Source of the DNA: Planctomycetota bacterium
Lineage (GTDB): Bacteria > Planctomycetota > SZUA-567 > H5-PLA8
Reading direction: 5' to 3'
DNA length: 64,000 nt
Assembly (NCBI GenBank): GCA_023150555.1
Contig: JAKLKQ010000006.1
Location: 51,726-115,725, forward strand
In this document: one piece after another, positions 37,772 through 47,645 of the stretch
How the letters are laid out: every line of letters starts with the position of its first letter
Position numbering within the stretch: the stretch's first letter is position 1
Notes under the pieces: model-generated
Database searches by the model: none
What the model was told of the DNA's origin: nothing
What the model saw: only the letters and a program-made list of their open reading frames with translations
Program-made: the position numbers and the translations under genes

Positions 37772-39907
37772 GTGGCGATTCTCTTCCAGTGTTCCTCCTG
37801 CAATTCCAAGATGCGCGTCCCCGATGCGCACGCGGGCAAGAAAGCCAAGTGCCCCAGCTGCAAGCAGGTCGTCAACATTCCGGCCCAAAGCACCTTGAAG
37901 GATGCCACCAAGTCCACGCTCGACCTGCAGGCCACCGAAGACGACCTGGCGCTTCAGGATCCGAACGCACCGGCCGGCGCGCCCGAAGCCGCCAAGCCCA
38001 AGTTCATCACCTTCGACTGCCCCTCGTGCGGCAAGAAGACTGGATTTCCCAGCGAGAAGGCCGGTCAGCCGGCCACCTGCCCCAGCTGCAAGGCCACGCT
38101 GATGGTCCCCGATGCGGCTGGCGGCGAGGCCTTCATCATCGGCGAACTGCCTCCCGGCGCGCCCGCACCCGCGAAGCAGGGCAGCGCGCGCAGCGGCATG
38201 GCGCCGAAGGTTCAGGTGCGCCGCGACCTGCTGGCCAAGAAGAGCAACGCCGCCGCGCCCGCGGTGAAGAGGACCCAGGCGCTGGTGGTCCTCGGCGGCG
38301 TGCTGGCGGCCGGCCTAGTCACCGGACTGCTGCTGATGTGGGCGCTGAACGGGGGCAACGCCGAGAACACCGCGGCCAACACGCCCGCGTCCGGCAACAA
38401 CGCGCCCGCCGTCAACGGTTCGGCCACGAACGATGCCACGCCTGCCGCCTTGGGCCAGAGCGACCATGCGTCCGAACCGAGCGGCAAGACCGGCGCCGCC
38501 GTCACCCCGCGCCCCGATGAGATCGGCGGAAACCCTGCGGCAACGCCTAAGGAAACCAAAAACGGTCCTTCCGACGAGCCCCTGCTGATCTCCCGCCAGC
38601 CCAGAACCGAGGAGAGCACCGCACCCATCACGCCGCAGCCCGCCGAAGAGACGCCTGCCACCCAGGCCGCCACCGAGACGCCCGCCACTCCAGCCACCAA
38701 AACCGACGAGGACGACCTGGACCTCGATAAGCTGCAGAAGGAGAACGCGGACAAGGAGAAGCCGCCGGAAGTCGCCCAGGAGAACCCCGAAGGGGAAAAG
38801 ACCTCCCTCGGCTTCCTCAAGAAGGACGATCCCGCCAAAGCCGAAGATCCGGCCGCACAGCCTGCGCAACCCGCCCAGCCCGCCAATCCGGAACCGGAGA
38901 AGCCCAAGGAGCCGGACCCGGAGCTCTACGCCAACAAGTTCGCGCCGCTGCCCACGCTGCGCCCGCTGGTGCACCTCGGCGACGCGCCGCCCGCGCAGGA
39001 CTGGGTCCTGGTGCCCTGGCAGTACAGCCCGACCTACAAGGGCGACAAGGATAACGAAAAGCTGATCACCGACGCCAAGCTGCGCTTTATGGAAGCCCGC
39101 AAGCGCTACCTCGCGTGGGTCGAGATGACCAAACTCAAGCTGCTGATGGTCAACACGCACCACGTTACGCTGTACTGCGAGCTGCCCGAGACGCTGGCGC
39201 GCAGCGTAGGCGACGCCTGCGAGAAGCTGACCGCGCACCTGCAGAAGGTCACCAAGAGCGTCGCGTTGACGCCCGCGCTGCCGGCCCAGCAGGAGATCAT
39301 GATCTTCTGGGAAGACTTCAGCTACCAGAACTTCATCAACGTGCTGGCCCAGAAGAACCCCGGCGTCGATTACACGCTGGCCCGCGCCGCCAGCGGCAGC
39401 AGCGACAGCCGCCACTTCGGCTTCTTCAACTCGAAGAAGGCCGCCGGCGCCCCGCCCGAACACATGACCCTTCACCAGTTCGGCAAGTTCATGATCATGG
39501 AAGCCACCGACGGCAAGGCGCCGCCCTGGCTGGCCGAAGGCTTCGCGTCATACAGCGAGAACGCGGTGTTGAACAAGAACCTGGTCTACTCGTTCCGCTA
39601 CGAAATGAACGACGTGAAGTTCTCGCCCAACTGGAACGAGGACCTGCGCAAGCTGGCCGAACAGCGCAAGCTGAAGGAGTGGAAGTTCATCTTCCAGCTC
39701 GACCTCATCGGCATGGGCAGCCTGGACTACTTCACCTGCTACTCGATGGTCAGCTTCTTCATGAAGAGCGACCCGCAGCGCTTCGTGACGTTCGTGCAGT
39801 ACCTGCGCGACGGGATGGAGCAGAATGCCGCGCTCACCAAGGCCTTCGGCCGCCCCGTCGAGGACCTGCAGAAGATGTGGGGACAGTGGGCCCTGCGCCA
39901 GCGCTAG
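37772..39907 (+). CDS. Membrane protein with two N-terminal zinc-ribbon modules, a Pro/Thr/Ala-rich linker and a conserved C-terminal globular domain (hypothetical; possibly DUF1570-like)
   Basis: Two CxxC...CxxC zinc ribbons (CSSC..CPSC and CPSC..CPSC), a TM helix ALVVLGGVLAAGLVTGLLLMWAL, and a ~330-aa conserved C-terminus. GTG start with an aggag RBS. Confidence 0.65.
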   Translation: MAILFQCSSCNSKMRVPDAHAGKKAKCPSCKQVVNIPAQSTLKDATKSTLDLQATEDDLALQDPNAPAGAPEAAKPKFITFDCPSCGKKTGFPSEKAGQPATCPSCKATLMVPDAAGGEAFIIGELPPGAPAPAKQGSARSGMAPKVQVRRDLLAKKSNAAAPAVKRTQALVVLGGVLAAGLVTGLLLMWALNGGNAENTAANTPASGNNAPAVNGSATNDATPAALGQSDHASEPSGKTGAAVTPRPDEIGGNPAATPKETKNGPSDEPLLISRQPRTEESTAPITPQPAEETPATQAATETPATPATKTDEDDLDLDKLQKENADKEKPPEVAQENPEGEKTSLGFLKKDDPAKAEDPAAQPAQPAQPANPEPEKPKEPDPELYANKFAPLPTLRPLVHLGDAPPAQDWVLVPWQYSPTYKGDKDNEKLITDAKLRFMEARKRYLAWVEMTKLKLLMVNTHHVTLYCELPETLARSVGDACEKLTAHLQKVTKSVALTPALPAQQEIMIFWEDFSYQNFINVLAQKNPGVDYTLARAASGSSDSRHFGFFNSKKAAGAPPEHMTLHQFGKFMIMEATDGKAPPWLAEGFASYSENAVLNKNLVYSFRYEMNDVKFSPNWNEDLRKLAEQRKLKEWKFIFQLDLIGMGSLDYFTCYSMVSFFMKSDPQRFVTFVQYLRDGMEQNAALTKAFGRPVEDLQKMWGQWALRQR

Positions 39908-39925
39908 CAGCCGCGCGAGATCAAC

Positions 39926-40780
39926 TCACTTCGCCAGCGCCTTCTCCAGCGCGCGAGCCTTGCCGCGCAGCACCACCGCCCATTCCGCCGCGCGCCGTTC
40001 GTCGACTTCCTCCGCGCCGCACGCGATGCCCAGCGCCGCCGCCAGCCGTCCGCCCTTCGCGTGCGGGTCGTACACCGGAACGCTGACGCGCGCGTTCTGC
40101 GCCTGCGCGCCTTCCTGCCGGCACCACGCGTAGCCCAGCTTGCGCCAGCGCGCGCACTGTTCTTCAAGAAGATTGAGCTTCGCAGGCGGAGCGCGCCGTT
40201 CGGGAAAGTCCGGCGGCGCGGACTTTCCCTTCGCGTAGTTGATGAACGTCTTCAGCCGCCGCGCACCGTCGAAGCTCAGGTATACCAGGCCCGGCGCGGT
40301 GTTCGTGTTGAGCGCGAAGACCAGGCCCGGCCGCGCCATTATCCGCACCGGCGTGCCTTCCACCTGCCACACGTCCAGCATCGTCAGTTCCCACGGACCC
40401 ACGGTCACCGCCAGCTCGGCCATGCGGTGCGTCAGCTGCGCGACTTCGCGCAACAGCGGCTGCGCGGCTTCCACCAGCGGCGAAGCCCGGCGCGCGAGAA
40501 AGCCCATCGCCACCAGCCCCGGCCCCGCGCGGTAGCGCCCGCTCGCCGGATCCTGCACCGCCAGCCGCCGCTCCAGAAGCGGCTTGAGGATGCGGTACAG
40601 CGACGCGCGCGGCACGCCCAGCGCCGCGTGCAGTTCGTGCGCCGCCAGGCCCTCCGTTCCGGCCCGGTTGAGCCTATCGAGCAGGGCCAGGCCGCGTTCC
40701 AGGGCGGGCGCACTTAACTCCTTTGAAAGCAACAGGTTCTGAGGTGGCCTTTGAGCGCGGTTCGGGCGTGAGTGTCTCAT
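39926..40780 (-). CDS. IclR-family transcriptional regulator
   Basis: N-terminal wHTH (LERGLALLDRL...LHAALGVPRASLYRILKPL) and an IclR effector domain. Divergent from the PhyH/sulfatase genes. Confidence 0.8.
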   Translation of the reverse strand: MRHSRPNRAQRPPQNLLLSKELSAPALERGLALLDRLNRAGTEGLAAHELHAALGVPRASLYRILKPLLERRLAVQDPASGRYRAGPGLVAMGFLARRASPLVEAAQPLLREVAQLTHRMAELAVTVGPWELTMLDVWQVEGTPVRIMARPGLVFALNTNTAPGLVYLSFDGARRLKTFINYAKGKSAPPDFPERRAPPAKLNLLEEQCARWRKLGYAWCRQEGAQAQNARVSVPVYDPHAKGGRLAAALGIACGAEEVDERRAAEWAVVLRGKARALEKALAK

Positions 40781-40894
40781 ATGCGAGACAGTCTACCGGC
40801 GCCCCGTTTCTCCGTCCAGCGCGCGCGGGTATCTCCATTCATGCCGGGCGCGCACGCGCGCGCCGCCGATTCGATAGATGATGAGGAGCCGACC

Positions 40895-41710
40895 ATGCCA
40901 ACCGCAGCCCCCGAGATCGCCCCCTTCGCACTGACGCAGGAAGAGATCGACCGCTTCGAACGCGACGGGTTCCTGGGCCCGTACGCGATCTGCACGCCCG
41001 AAGAGATGGCGCGGATCCGCCGCGACATCGAGACCCGCGTGCTGGCGAGCGAAAGCCCCTTCAAGTCGCACAACGGCCAGTCGCGCCACCTCGACTGCAA
41101 GGTCGTCTACGACCTGTGCGCGCATCCGGCGGTCACCGAGCGCATGGCGGGGATCGTCGGGCCCGACCTGGTGCTGTGGCGCAGCAACTTCTTCGTGAAG
41201 GAAGCCGGCGGCAGGGAGATCCCCTGGCACCAGGACCGCGCCTACTGGCCGCTGGACCCGGCGATCAACATCACCGCGTGGATCGCGATCGATCCGTGCA
41301 CGCGCGAGAACAGCTGCGTCGAGATCCTGCCCGGCTCGCACAAGAAGAACCTGCCCACGGTGCCCACGGGCGACGAGATGGCGTTCAGGCACATGTCCGA
41401 CACCCACGGCATCGACCTGGACAAGAAAGTCGAGATGGTGCTGAAGCCCGGCGAGTTCTTCCTCTTCAACGAGACCACGCTGCACCACAGCGAGCCCAAC
41501 CGCAGCGACAAGCGCCGCATCGGCCTGGCCGTGCGCGTGACCGTGCCGGCGGTGAAGGTCAAGCACGAGGACCTCTTTCCCGGCCACCGCTGCGTCCTCC
41601 TCCGCGGCTGCGACACGCACCACCGCAACGAGATACAGGCGCCGCCGGCGGGCAATCCGCCCGTGCAGGCGATCGATTACCGCCAAGCCAAGAAGCACGC
41701 GGCCGTCTGA
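40895..41710 (+). CDS. Phytanoyl-CoA dioxygenase (PhyH) family oxygenase
   Basis: HQDRAYWPLDP and a downstream His. The PhyH-like start MPTAAPEIAPFALTQEEIDRFERDGFLGP is preferred over the upstream track start at 40772. Confidence 0.75.
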   Translation: MPTAAPEIAPFALTQEEIDRFERDGFLGPYAICTPEEMARIRRDIETRVLASESPFKSHNGQSRHLDCKVVYDLCAHPAVTERMAGIVGPDLVLWRSNFFVKEAGGREIPWHQDRAYWPLDPAINITAWIAIDPCTRENSCVEILPGSHKKNLPTVPTGDEMAFRHMSDTHGIDLDKKVEMVLKPGEFFLFNETTLHHSEPNRSDKRRIGLAVRVTVPAVKVKHEDLFPGHRCVLLRGCDTHHRNEIQAPPAGNPPVQAIDYRQAKKHAAV

Positions 41711-41744
41711 ACCCCGGCCTCCAATACATGGAGGGTAGTACACA

Positions 41745-43205
41745 ATGCGTATAATTATGCTCGACATCGATTCCCTGCGCCCCGACCATCTGGGTTGCTA
41801 CGGCTACCCCCGCAACACGTCGCCCACCATCGACGCGCTGGCCGCCGAGTCCGCGCGCTTCACTAACTGCCACGTCTCCGACGCGCCGTGCCTGCCGTCG
41901 CGCACGGCCTTCACCATGGGGCGCTCGGGCATCCACACCGGCGTTGTGAACCACGGCGGGACGATGTCCGAGCCCTTCCGCGAAGGCCCGTCGCGCGGCT
42001 TCCGCGGATCGAAGGATCGTTGGCACTTCTACGAATGCCTTGCCAACAACGGCTGGCACACAGCGAGCATCTCGCCGTTCCCCGCGCGCCATTCCGCCTG
42101 GCATTACCTCGCCGGCATCCGCGAGCACCACGATACCGGGCAGAACGGCCACGAGACCGCCGAACAGGTCAACGCCGCCGTCCTTCCCTGGCTGCAGCGC
42201 AACGCGCGCAACGACAAGTGGTGCCTGCACGTCAACTACTGGGACCCGCACCGCACGTACCGCACGCCAGCGTCGTACGGAAATCCATTCGAGAAAGATC
42301 CGCCGCCCGCGTGGATGACCGAAACGATCCGCGCGAAGCACTGGAACGGCTGCGGCTTGCAGTGTGCGCAGGATCCCAACGACGGCACCGGCAAGAGCGA
42401 CTGGCCGCGCATGCCGAAGACGATCTCGTCGATGGACGAGTACCGCCACTGGATCGACGGCTACGACACCGGCATCCGCTACATGGACGACCACCTGGAC
42501 CGCGTCTTCGATGCGCTGCGCGCCGAAGGCGTGTACGACGAAACCGCCATCGTACTGACCGCCGACCACGGCGAGAACCAGGGCGAACTCAACTACTACG
42601 GAGCACACCGTACGGGCGATTCGATCACGCACCGCGTGCCGCTGCTGGTCAAGTGGCCCGGCGTCGCGAAGGCCGGCTGCGTGCAGGAAGGCCTGCATTA
42701 CCAGTACGACGTCGCCGCGACGATCCTCGACGTGTTGGGCATCGAACGCCCAGCGAGATGGCACGCGAAAAGCTTCGCGCCGGAACTGAACGGCGAAGGA
42801 CGCTGCCCCCGCGAGTACCTCGTGCTGAGCCAGCTCGCCTGCATGGCGCAGCGCAGCGTGCGCTTCGAGGACTGGATCTGGATGCGCACCTGGCACGACG
42901 GCTTCTCGCGCTTCCCCCGCGAGATGCTTTACAACCTCAAGGACGATCCGCACGAACTGAACGATCTCGCCGCCGCACGCCCCGAGATCGCCAGGCGCGG
43001 CGCGGCGCTGTACGCGCAGTGGCACGCCGAGATGATGAACACGCATCCGGGGCCCGAAAGAATTGATCCGCTCGATGTCGTCCTGTGCGAGCAGCCGCTG
43101 CACGCCAACGACGGCGTCCGCGAACGCTACAGCCAGCGCCTGCGCGCGACCGGGCGCGAGCACCACGCCGAGTACATCGAGAAGACCCGCGGCATCGTGC
43201 GTTGA
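41745..43205 (+). CDS. Cys-type sulfatase (arylsulfatase family)
   Basis: N-terminal sulfatase signature with the formylglycine motif CLPSRTA, and the metal-binding MLDIDSLRPDHLGCYG. Confidence 0.85.
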   Translation: MRIIMLDIDSLRPDHLGCYGYPRNTSPTIDALAAESARFTNCHVSDAPCLPSRTAFTMGRSGIHTGVVNHGGTMSEPFREGPSRGFRGSKDRWHFYECLANNGWHTASISPFPARHSAWHYLAGIREHHDTGQNGHETAEQVNAAVLPWLQRNARNDKWCLHVNYWDPHRTYRTPASYGNPFEKDPPPAWMTETIRAKHWNGCGLQCAQDPNDGTGKSDWPRMPKTISSMDEYRHWIDGYDTGIRYMDDHLDRVFDALRAEGVYDETAIVLTADHGENQGELNYYGAHRTGDSITHRVPLLVKWPGVAKAGCVQEGLHYQYDVAATILDVLGIERPARWHAKSFAPELNGEGRCPREYLVLSQLACMAQRSVRFEDWIWMRTWHDGFSRFPREMLYNLKDDPHELNDLAAARPEIARRGAALYAQWHAEMMNTHPGPERIDPLDVVLCEQPLHANDGVRERYSQRLRATGREHHAEYIEKTRGIVR

Positions 43206-43283
43206 AACCGGACAGCTCATAAAGGAAGGGAGCCCACGGATTTCTCCGTGACGGTGGGGCTGCGTGGTGGGTCGGCGAAGGTT

Positions 43284-46200
43284 CTACTTGCCGCTTAACG
43301 CCTTGGCTTTCTTCGCAAGGTCGATGAACTCGGCGCGCTGGCCTTCCGCGTCGGCGCCCTTGCTCTCGCCGGCCAGCTCCAGCACGAAGTCCCAGTTCAA
43401 ATTCTTCGCGTAGACGCTGCCGCGCAGCAGCATGCCGAAGGCGGCGACCGAGGACGCGAAGCGGAAGTCCGGGCTGCTCTGTTCGAGCTTCTTTCCGCCG
43501 TCGCGCACCGGGACGCTCAGTTCCGTGCTCTTGTCTTCCTCGGGCTGCTTGTAGCGCAGCCACACGGTCAGCAGCTCGCCGCTGGTCTTCGCGTCTTCCT
43601 TGACCTTGGCTTCCTCGAGGTACCGCGACGCGCGTTCGGCGGGCGCCTTGGGCGCGGCCAGCTCGGCAAGTTTGACGGTGCGCTTGACCGTCGTCTTGAT
43701 CACGTTCGCGTCGGCGACGGCGCTGACTTCGAACTCGTACTCGCCGTCGGCCGTGGGCAGGAAGTACGCGTTCGGGCGGTCGGCGTCGCGCAGGTCGGCC
43801 TTGGGGCCGCCCGTCTGCTTCCAGATGAAGGTCAGCTTCGCGACTTCTTCGGGCTTGGCGTTCAGCAGCAGCACGTCCAGAGGCACGCGCACGGGCTGCA
43901 CGGCTTCCTCGGTGCCGGCTGGAATCACCTCATACAGCGCGGTGACGGCGTGGCCCGCGCCGATCTCGCCGGCGTCCTTCGTGTCGTCGGCGAAGTCTTC
44001 CTTGCGCATCAGGCGGTTCTCGTAGCCGATCAGGCGGTAACTGTGCGCCGTCGCGGGATTGAATTCGACCTGCACCTTCACGTCCTTGGCGATGGTCACC
44101 AGCGTGCCGGCCAGCTCCTGCCCGAAGACCTTCTTCGCTTCCTGGAACGAGTCGATGTACGCGTAATGGCCGTTGCCCTTGTCGGCGATGGCTTCGAGCT
44201 TGTCGTCCTTATAGTTGCCCATGCCGAAGCCGAGCACGCTCAGGAAGACACCGCTCTTGGCCTGTTTCTCGATCAGCTTCACCAGTTCGTCGTTGCTGGT
44301 GGTGCCGACGTTGAAGTCGCCGTCGGTGCAGAGGATCACGCGGTTGGTGCCGCCGGCAATGTGGTTCTTCGCCGCGATCGCGTAGGCCTTCTGGATTCCG
44401 TCGCCGCCATTGGTGCTGCCGCCGGCGTTCAGCGCGTTGATGCGTTCGAGGATGCGGCGCTTCTGGTCGCAGGGCGTGCTCTCCAGCTCGACCTTGATCG
44501 TGTCGCTGTAGGTCACGATGGCAACGCGGTCGCGGGCGTTGAGGTTGTCGACGAGCAGGTTCAGGCCCTGGCGCACGAGGTCCAGCTTGTTCGCGTCGCC
44601 CATCGAGCCGCTGACGTCGACGAGGAAGACCAGGTTGCTGCTGGGTCGGCTGTTCGGATCGATCTCGCGGCCCTTCAAGGCGATGCGTACCAGGCGGTGC
44701 GCGGCGTTCCACGGGCAGGTGGCGACCTCGATGTGCGTGGCGAAGGGCTCCTTCGCGTCGCTGGGCGGCGGCTCGTACGCATAGCGGAAGTAGTTGATCA
44801 ACTCCTCGTAGCGCACCGCGCCGAGCGGCGGAAGCTGGTTGTCGTTTAGCCAGCGGCGCACGTTCGAGTACGACGCGGTGTCCACGTCGATGGAGAAGGT
44901 GCTGATCGTGCGGGCCTTCTCGAAGGGATTCTCGTTCACCACCGCGTAGGATTCGGTCTGGCGGCCTTCGTCGGGGTGCGGTGCAACGTAGCCCATGCGC
45001 CCGTGGTCGAACTCGCCGTCGACGCCCAGCAGCGCGAGGCCGCCGTCCTTGAACGCGCCGCCGATGCGGTAGTCGTCAAGGGAGCTCATCATATCGCTGA
45101 AGCGCCCGCCGATGCGCGTGAGGCGCCACCTGTCGTTGTTTTGTCCGCGCGCGGGATCCGCCGCGTTGAAGTGCCAGATGACCATCCCGCCGGGCGCTTC
45201 CGGTGCGGGCGTTGCAGGCGAGCGAGCGCCGGACCATTCGCCGCGGGTCCACAGTCCGCGCGTCGAGCCGCGGTCGGCCCAGAGGTTGTCGGTCAAGCGG
45301 TAGCCGGTGGCGACGTAGAAATCGCTAACAGCGGAAATTTCTTCGAGCACGCCAGCCGGATGATACGCGCGGAACTGGTCGGCCCAGTGCTGCTGCGTCG
45401 AACGGTATCCGGTGTCGAAGTTGAATCCTTGAAAATTGAAGTCGTGATGCGGGGTGACGCCGTGGTACTGCGCGTAGGCGTCTTCAATCGAAACCTTTGA
45501 CACCGAAAGGAAGTAATCTGGCGACGGCAGACCGTGAAGCGAATGAGGAACGATCTCTTGGTGCCGCGAACTACCGCGCGTATTACGCCAAGCATCTTCC
45601 TTGCTCATCAGTCCATAGGCGACGGCCCAATTGGCGTTGTTGATATCACGCGCATTGTACCAGCGGTCGCGGATGCCTTCCTCGCCGATGATCACGCTGT
45701 CGGCGATTCGTTTCTGCGTCTCCATATCAAACCTAAGCTGCCCGCGGCGGATGGCGAAGCCGTCGTTGTCTTCCTGCGGGGCATACACATCGTTGAGATT
45801 GATGCCGCTGTCCCGCGAAATGCCTACGGCAACGTTGTCGTTCTGGATGGTGTAGAACCACGTCTGCACCAGCCCGCCCATGGTGAGCTTGCCTTCTTTC
45901 GTCGTCACGCCGGCGTTGGGGCCATACTTGTCCTCGACGACAGTGTCAGCGGAGCCGATGGACGCAACGGCAGGAGCGTTCGTCTTCTGTTCTTTGGCCA
46001 ATTGCTCGCGCAGCTGCCTTAAATCTTCGCGAAGCTGCCTGATCTCTGCGGTCTCCGAGTTTTCGCCACCTTGTATTGTTGGGGCCTTTTTTACCGTCTC
46101 TTTCTTCTGTGCAATCTGGCCTTCAAGCTTCGCGATTTCGGTCTTGATTATCCCCTCGGGACTCGTGATTTCCCAGACCGGAAAGCCCTTTTCGAGGATG

Positions 46201-47618
46201 CCGGGCTTCGGCGCGTCGGTCGTCTTCTTCGTCTCCGCGATCTCGGCCTCGGGCTTCGCGTCGGCGGTGGCCGTCGAGTCTGCAAGCGGCGGGCCCGGTC
46301 GGCGCGAAGCATCGCCGTAGCGAATGCCAAGATCCAGTTGTCTGAAGCTACCGTCGGACCTGGACGCCACTTCGCGCGAAAGACCTTGGATCAATTGGGG
46401 ATGCTCTGCCCAACGGTACCAACCACTGGCAATTGCGGCCTCCGTGCGCTCCGGGGGAGGCGGCGGTCCTGGCGAATACGTCAGCTCAGGCGAGGCCGGA
46501 TGATACGGCGCAACCGGATCCGCTTCTTCCTCCAGCCGCTCCTTACCCAATTCTTCGTTCATCAGGTGCCAGGTGCCTTCGATGGTGTTCGGCGAACTGT
46601 TAATCTGAAGATCAACCGCATCCTCGGTCCTGTATTTCTCCGGCGCCCAAGCGAGCGACGTCTGAAGCCGCTCCTCGCCGATCTTCAGATTCTCGTCCGT
46701 AACTCGGTCGACTTCTTCGAGAAGCTCGGAGATCTTTTGGTTGTGGCGCTGGATTACCGCGGCGCGCGGCGCGACGGCAGTCTCCATGTTCACTTCCGCG
46801 CCCATCCAGCCCGCACCGCTACTGGTCCCGCCTGAACTGGACGTGGCGCTGCCGCTGCCCGGCTGGGCGTCTGCGGCATCCGTTACAGAGGCAATAAAGG
46901 CCCCCAGCTTCTCATGCTGCACACTCAGGTTCTCCTGGACGTCGGCCGACAAATTCGCATCGTTGTGTACGCCGTCGATAGTGATGCCGTTGCCCGCCTT
47001 GAACTTCCCGATCTGAAATTCGAGCGCGGTGTCCAGGTCCAAAGTATTCGACGCGGCCTGGTCTTGCGCCGGCGTCGGCATGTCCACCGCAACGGACGAG
47101 GACGGACTCATCTGTCCGTACGAAGCCACCAGCAGGCCCACCAGCACGGAGATGACCAGCGTCGCGGCGACGGCGCCGAGCGCGAAGTAGCGCCGGAAGG
47201 GTGACGGCGCGGGCCGCGTGGCTTCCCGCGCGCGGCGCCCGCTGCCGGCGGCGGCGTGCGGTTTTTCCGATACGGTGCTTACGGTTTGTGTAGGAGCTTC
47301 GTCCTCGAATGCGGCGGCCATGAGGGCTTCGGCGCTCAGAGCACTGGCTAGCCGGCCGCCTTTCACCGAGGAGGACTCCGTGGCGCCCAGCCCAACGCAG
47401 AGCGTTTCGCCCGTCGCGCGCAGGTCTTCGACGTACTGGCGCAGTTCGGGGTCGCGCGCGATCGCTCCGGCGATGGCCGCGATGCTTTCCTCGTCGAGCG
47501 CCTCGAGTTCGCCCAGCGCGTAGGCGGTGACGCGCGGGTCGTCCCGCCAGCCGCCGTTCGCGGCTTCGGCGCCGTTCTTCCAGGCGATCGTTTCGTTGTT
47601 CTGGTCGTGCTCGCTCAT
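43284..47618 (-). CDS. Giant anti-sigma-factor::YfbK-type vWA fusion protein (1444 aa)
   Basis: N-terminal anti-sigma-like cytoplasmic domain (RVTAYALGELEALDEESIAAIAGAIARDPELRQYVEDL), one TM helix, a large periplasmic region, and a C-terminal vWA (LVFLVDVSGSMGD) + DUF3520-like module as in YfbK. It starts 27 bp after the ECF sigma gene. Confidence 0.75.
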   Translation of the reverse strand: MSEHDQNNETIAWKNGAEAANGGWRDDPRVTAYALGELEALDEESIAAIAGAIARDPELRQYVEDLRATGETLCVGLGATESSSVKGGRLASALSAEALMAAAFEDEAPTQTVSTVSEKPHAAAGSGRRAREATRPAPSPFRRYFALGAVAATLVISVLVGLLVASYGQMSPSSSVAVDMPTPAQDQAASNTLDLDTALEFQIGKFKAGNGITIDGVHNDANLSADVQENLSVQHEKLGAFIASVTDAADAQPGSGSATSSSGGTSSGAGWMGAEVNMETAVAPRAAVIQRHNQKISELLEEVDRVTDENLKIGEERLQTSLAWAPEKYRTEDAVDLQINSSPNTIEGTWHLMNEELGKERLEEEADPVAPYHPASPELTYSPGPPPPPERTEAAIASGWYRWAEHPQLIQGLSREVASRSDGSFRQLDLGIRYGDASRRPGPPLADSTATADAKPEAEIAETKKTTDAPKPGILEKGFPVWEITSPEGIIKTEIAKLEGQIAQKKETVKKAPTIQGGENSETAEIRQLREDLRQLREQLAKEQKTNAPAVASIGSADTVVEDKYGPNAGVTTKEGKLTMGGLVQTWFYTIQNDNVAVGISRDSGINLNDVYAPQEDNDGFAIRRGQLRFDMETQKRIADSVIIGEEGIRDRWYNARDINNANWAVAYGLMSKEDAWRNTRGSSRHQEIVPHSLHGLPSPDYFLSVSKVSIEDAYAQYHGVTPHHDFNFQGFNFDTGYRSTQQHWADQFRAYHPAGVLEEISAVSDFYVATGYRLTDNLWADRGSTRGLWTRGEWSGARSPATPAPEAPGGMVIWHFNAADPARGQNNDRWRLTRIGGRFSDMMSSLDDYRIGGAFKDGGLALLGVDGEFDHGRMGYVAPHPDEGRQTESYAVVNENPFEKARTISTFSIDVDTASYSNVRRWLNDNQLPPLGAVRYEELINYFRYAYEPPPSDAKEPFATHIEVATCPWNAAHRLVRIALKGREIDPNSRPSSNLVFLVDVSGSMGDANKLDLVRQGLNLLVDNLNARDRVAIVTYSDTIKVELESTPCDQKRRILERINALNAGGSTNGGDGIQKAYAIAAKNHIAGGTNRVILCTDGDFNVGTTSNDELVKLIEKQAKSGVFLSVLGFGMGNYKDDKLEAIADKGNGHYAYIDSFQEAKKVFGQELAGTLVTIAKDVKVQVEFNPATAHSYRLIGYENRLMRKEDFADDTKDAGEIGAGHAVTALYEVIPAGTEEAVQPVRVPLDVLLLNAKPEEVAKLTFIWKQTGGPKADLRDADRPNAYFLPTADGEYEFEVSAVADANVIKTTVKRTVKLAELAAPKAPAERASRYLEEAKVKEDAKTSGELLTVWLRYKQPEEDKSTELSVPVRDGGKKLEQSSPDFRFASSVAAFGMLLRGSVYAKNLNWDFVLELAGESKGADAEGQRAEFIDLAKKAKALSGK

Positions 47619-47645
47619 CGTCTTGCTCCGGCTTTCGGCGCCTGC

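Noticed and set aside
34452-47204. Shadow ORFs opposite the VIT-vWA, zinc-ribbon, sulfatase and anti-sigma-vWA genes (e.g. 34452-36974 +, 38315-39475 -, 41559-43220 -, 43950-44849 +)
   Set aside because: Same reasoning. The opposite strand carries MIDAS, sulfatase and zinc-ribbon motifs.
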